Origin: Prorocentrum cordatum
Taxonomy: Eukaryota
Length of the DNA stretch: 54,489 nt
Reading direction: 5' to 3'
Assembly: GCA_963575745.1 (NCBI GenBank)
Contig: CAUYUJ010000236.1
Location: forward strand, 62,001 to 116,489
Positions 52,141 to 54,489 of this stretch are shown here, in pieces (the first letter of the stretch is position 1; each line of letters opens with the position of its first letter). Both the position numbers and the translations under genes were made by a program. A model generated the notes under the pieces. The model was given only the letters and a program-made list of their open reading frames with translations. It did no database searches and was not told the origin of the DNA.

Positions 52141-53340
52141 GCAAGCCCCTAGGTGGGTGCAAGCGCTGCTAAGGGTCAAATGCATTCTGCTTGTGCACTC
52201 ATGCACAATCAAAGTTGCAGCAAGCACCTCAAGTCCGATGCATGCACGAACTGTCGACGCTGAGCTGAATTGCCAAACGCGCCCCGGTCAAACTGCAAGC
52301 GACGCGGGGGAGGCGCGCTCTCTGCAGCTCTGAAAATTAAAAACGTCAGTTCTGACCGTGCGCATCTTCCTTCTTCTCCTTCTCCTTACTCCTCCTTATC
52401 CTCCTCGCTCTCTTCATCCTCCTCCTCCTCGCCGCCACCATTGCTGGCTCAATGCCAACCAAGCTGCTGAACCTCTGCAAGAAGGCGTCTGCGAACAGTA
52501 CTTATTCGAAGCAAGGCTGGCTACGCCACTGAGCGGCCGGTGCGAAGCCACAGTCGCAGTTCACTTATCCATTATCAACTCCATCATGCCCCGACCGAGT
52601 GCGAGCCTAGAGCGGCGCGACGGTCGGGCGGTACAAGCGAACGCCCCACTCACCATGCAACTCGCCAGTAGAAGACACGGATCAGGAGACGGCAAGTCCT
52701 GAAAAGAGGGCGCAGAGCTGCGCGACGGGACGGTGCCGACTCTAGTCGCTCCAAACTCTTAGCCCAGAGACCCTTGTGCAAGATCCCTGCCCCCCCCCCC
52801 CCCCCAGTCCCTCCCTGCATTGTGTAGGGTCCAGAGCCGGGTGTCGAGCAATCAAAAGGGCGATGATTGGGGCGGCCTCGCAACAGCATCTACAAAACCC
52901 ATGGGGCACATCAGACTAGTCTCGGGGCAATTTCACATGGTCCTCCTTGGTCTGGAGACGCACGCCATCGCGCAGCCATTTCGTGAAAACCCAATGTGGT
53001 GCTTCCACTGGCTCACCCGTTAAATGCTTCCAGCCTCGCGACCGCGAGCATTTCTTATGACCTACAAGTTTGCACTGCATTGCAGCGTTACAAAGCCCCC
53101 AGGCCTGAAACGTGGCTGAAGCTCTCCTACCGGTTTCGCACTGTCAGGGTCCAGCGCGCGTCGGCGGTCTGTCGCGCGCGATGCACAAATAAACGTGCCA
53201 TACTTCGCTAACGGATGCTCTGGAAGCGCTGGTGTGTGTGGGGGGGGGGGGCACTGCTGCTAGAACCACCTGGGCTAGGATCCGATGCAGGAGAGGGGGG
53301 GGGGGGGGGGGGCGCGCCACTGCTGCCGGAAGCACCTGGG

Positions 53341-53952
53341 CTAGGATCCGACGCAGGACGCGCCACTGCTGCCAGAAGCTCCTGGGCTAAGATCCGACGT
53401 AGGATGAGGGGTCGCGCCTGCGCTGCTCGAAGCGCCTGTGCTGGAAGTCGCCGCAGAGCCCGCGCCAGTAGTCATAGCAATTGCTTGCTTTGCAACTTCA
53501 TCAAGGCCATCGTCGGGGCCCTCGTCCATTGGAGTCACAACTGCAGCATGATCCTGCTCAACCCCTGCTTTGATTTGCACCAGCACCTGAAGATGCTGAC
53601 GAGCCCCATGGGCGTCGGCCTTCAGCTCGAGCCCCCCCCCCCCTCAGATTCGACAGAACTGATCTCGCCCCCTAGCGTGGGCCCCCCCGCAGCAGGCGCC
53701 CACCCGGATGCTCCGCTTGGATCTTGTTCTGGATGGGGTTTTGTTTGTTTCGACTTGGGGGGGTTCTTGCGATGCCCTGAGGCCCCCTTTCTCGGATGGG
53801 GCCCCGGTAGCACTGAGGTCTGACAACAGATCATCATTCCCACCGCTGCCACTGCCATTCCCCTGCTTATCCGGGCGTCCAGCTGCGAGCTCCTGAAGGT
53901 CGTCGAGGACGGCCCCCCGCAGAGCGCTCCAGGCGCCCGCGCCAGTCACCAC
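53341..53952 (-). pseudogene. Possible decayed exon, unknown product
   Basis: AWSALRGAVLDDLQELAAG..DDLLSDL and QHLQVLVQIKAGVEQDH..DDGLDEVAKQAI: protein-like but interrupted, with no recognised motif. Confidence 0.3.
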
Positions 53953-54002
53953 CGGGAAAACGAATCCAGTCGCTTATTAGAACGCGGCATCGCGCCATGT
54001 GA

Positions 54003-54113
54003 GCATCATCGCGACCATCGTCATCATCACCAGCAGCATCAGCACCATCATCATGCCACCCTCTCTCCCCCAGCCTCTCCGGTTCACCCCCCTCTCCCTC
54101 CCTCCCTCGCTCC

Positions 54114-54149
<36 letters not shown>

Positions 54150-54489
54150 TTCGCGCTTGCTCTCTGCTTCTCCCTCTCTCTCTCTCTTAATCCCTCTCTC
54201 TATCTATATTTTTTTGTTGTTTTTCCTCTTATTATTATTTCTTTCTTTTTTTTGTTCTCTCTCTCTCTTTCCTTCTCCTCTCCTTTCTCTCTCTCTCTCT
54301 CCGCACCCCCTCCATCTTCTCTCTCTCTCCATTTTCCCCCATATCATATCCCCTCTAGCATTGCCCATATCGGATACGTTCCGATATGTTCTTCATACAT
54401 ATATACATACATACATATATATATACACACTATGAATGTCATATCGTCCTATCTCTGTAACGCTCTCTCTCTCTCTCTCTCTCTCTCTC
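54003..54489. repeat. (CAT)n, (CT)n and (TACA)n microsatellites
   Basis: Directly visible. Confidence 0.9.

Overview
This is eukaryotic, GC-rich DNA dense in microsatellites and satellites. It is almost certainly dinoflagellate nuclear DNA, because near-canonical dinoflagellate spliced-leader (DinoSL) sequences are present. Most ORFs in the track are artefacts of repeats, and every coding feature I can recognise lies on the minus strand. (1) A near-intact 6.7-kb LINE (19913-26640) has a perfect 17-bp target-site duplication (TSD), a (TCCAGT)3 tail and an SL-plus-relic-SL at its 5' end. Its Zn-finger ORF1 is joined in frame, through a single TGA, to an APE-RT-RNase H ORF2 that has no AUG of its own. 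(2) A decayed full-length L1/Tx1-like LINE (33284-38342) begins with an almost complete DinoSL. (3) A decayed LINE 3' end (680-2335) carries Zn fingers plus a cytosine-methyltransferase-like domain. (4) A separate decayed C5-DNA methyltransferase gene (46035-~49530) is split by a satellite-filled insertion and bracketed by inverted copies of one repeat family. (5) A large decayed gene of unknown function lies at 40845-~44430. There are also a 122-nt hairpin insertion with introner-like boundaries, a 1.8-kb foldback element with arrays of B-box-like palindromes, and many tandem repeats. The most interesting inferred system is SL-trans-spliced, possibly promoter-less LINEs that are co-oriented with the host gene block and sit in (CCT/GGA)n tracts. 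All calls come from reading motifs by eye; no database search was run.
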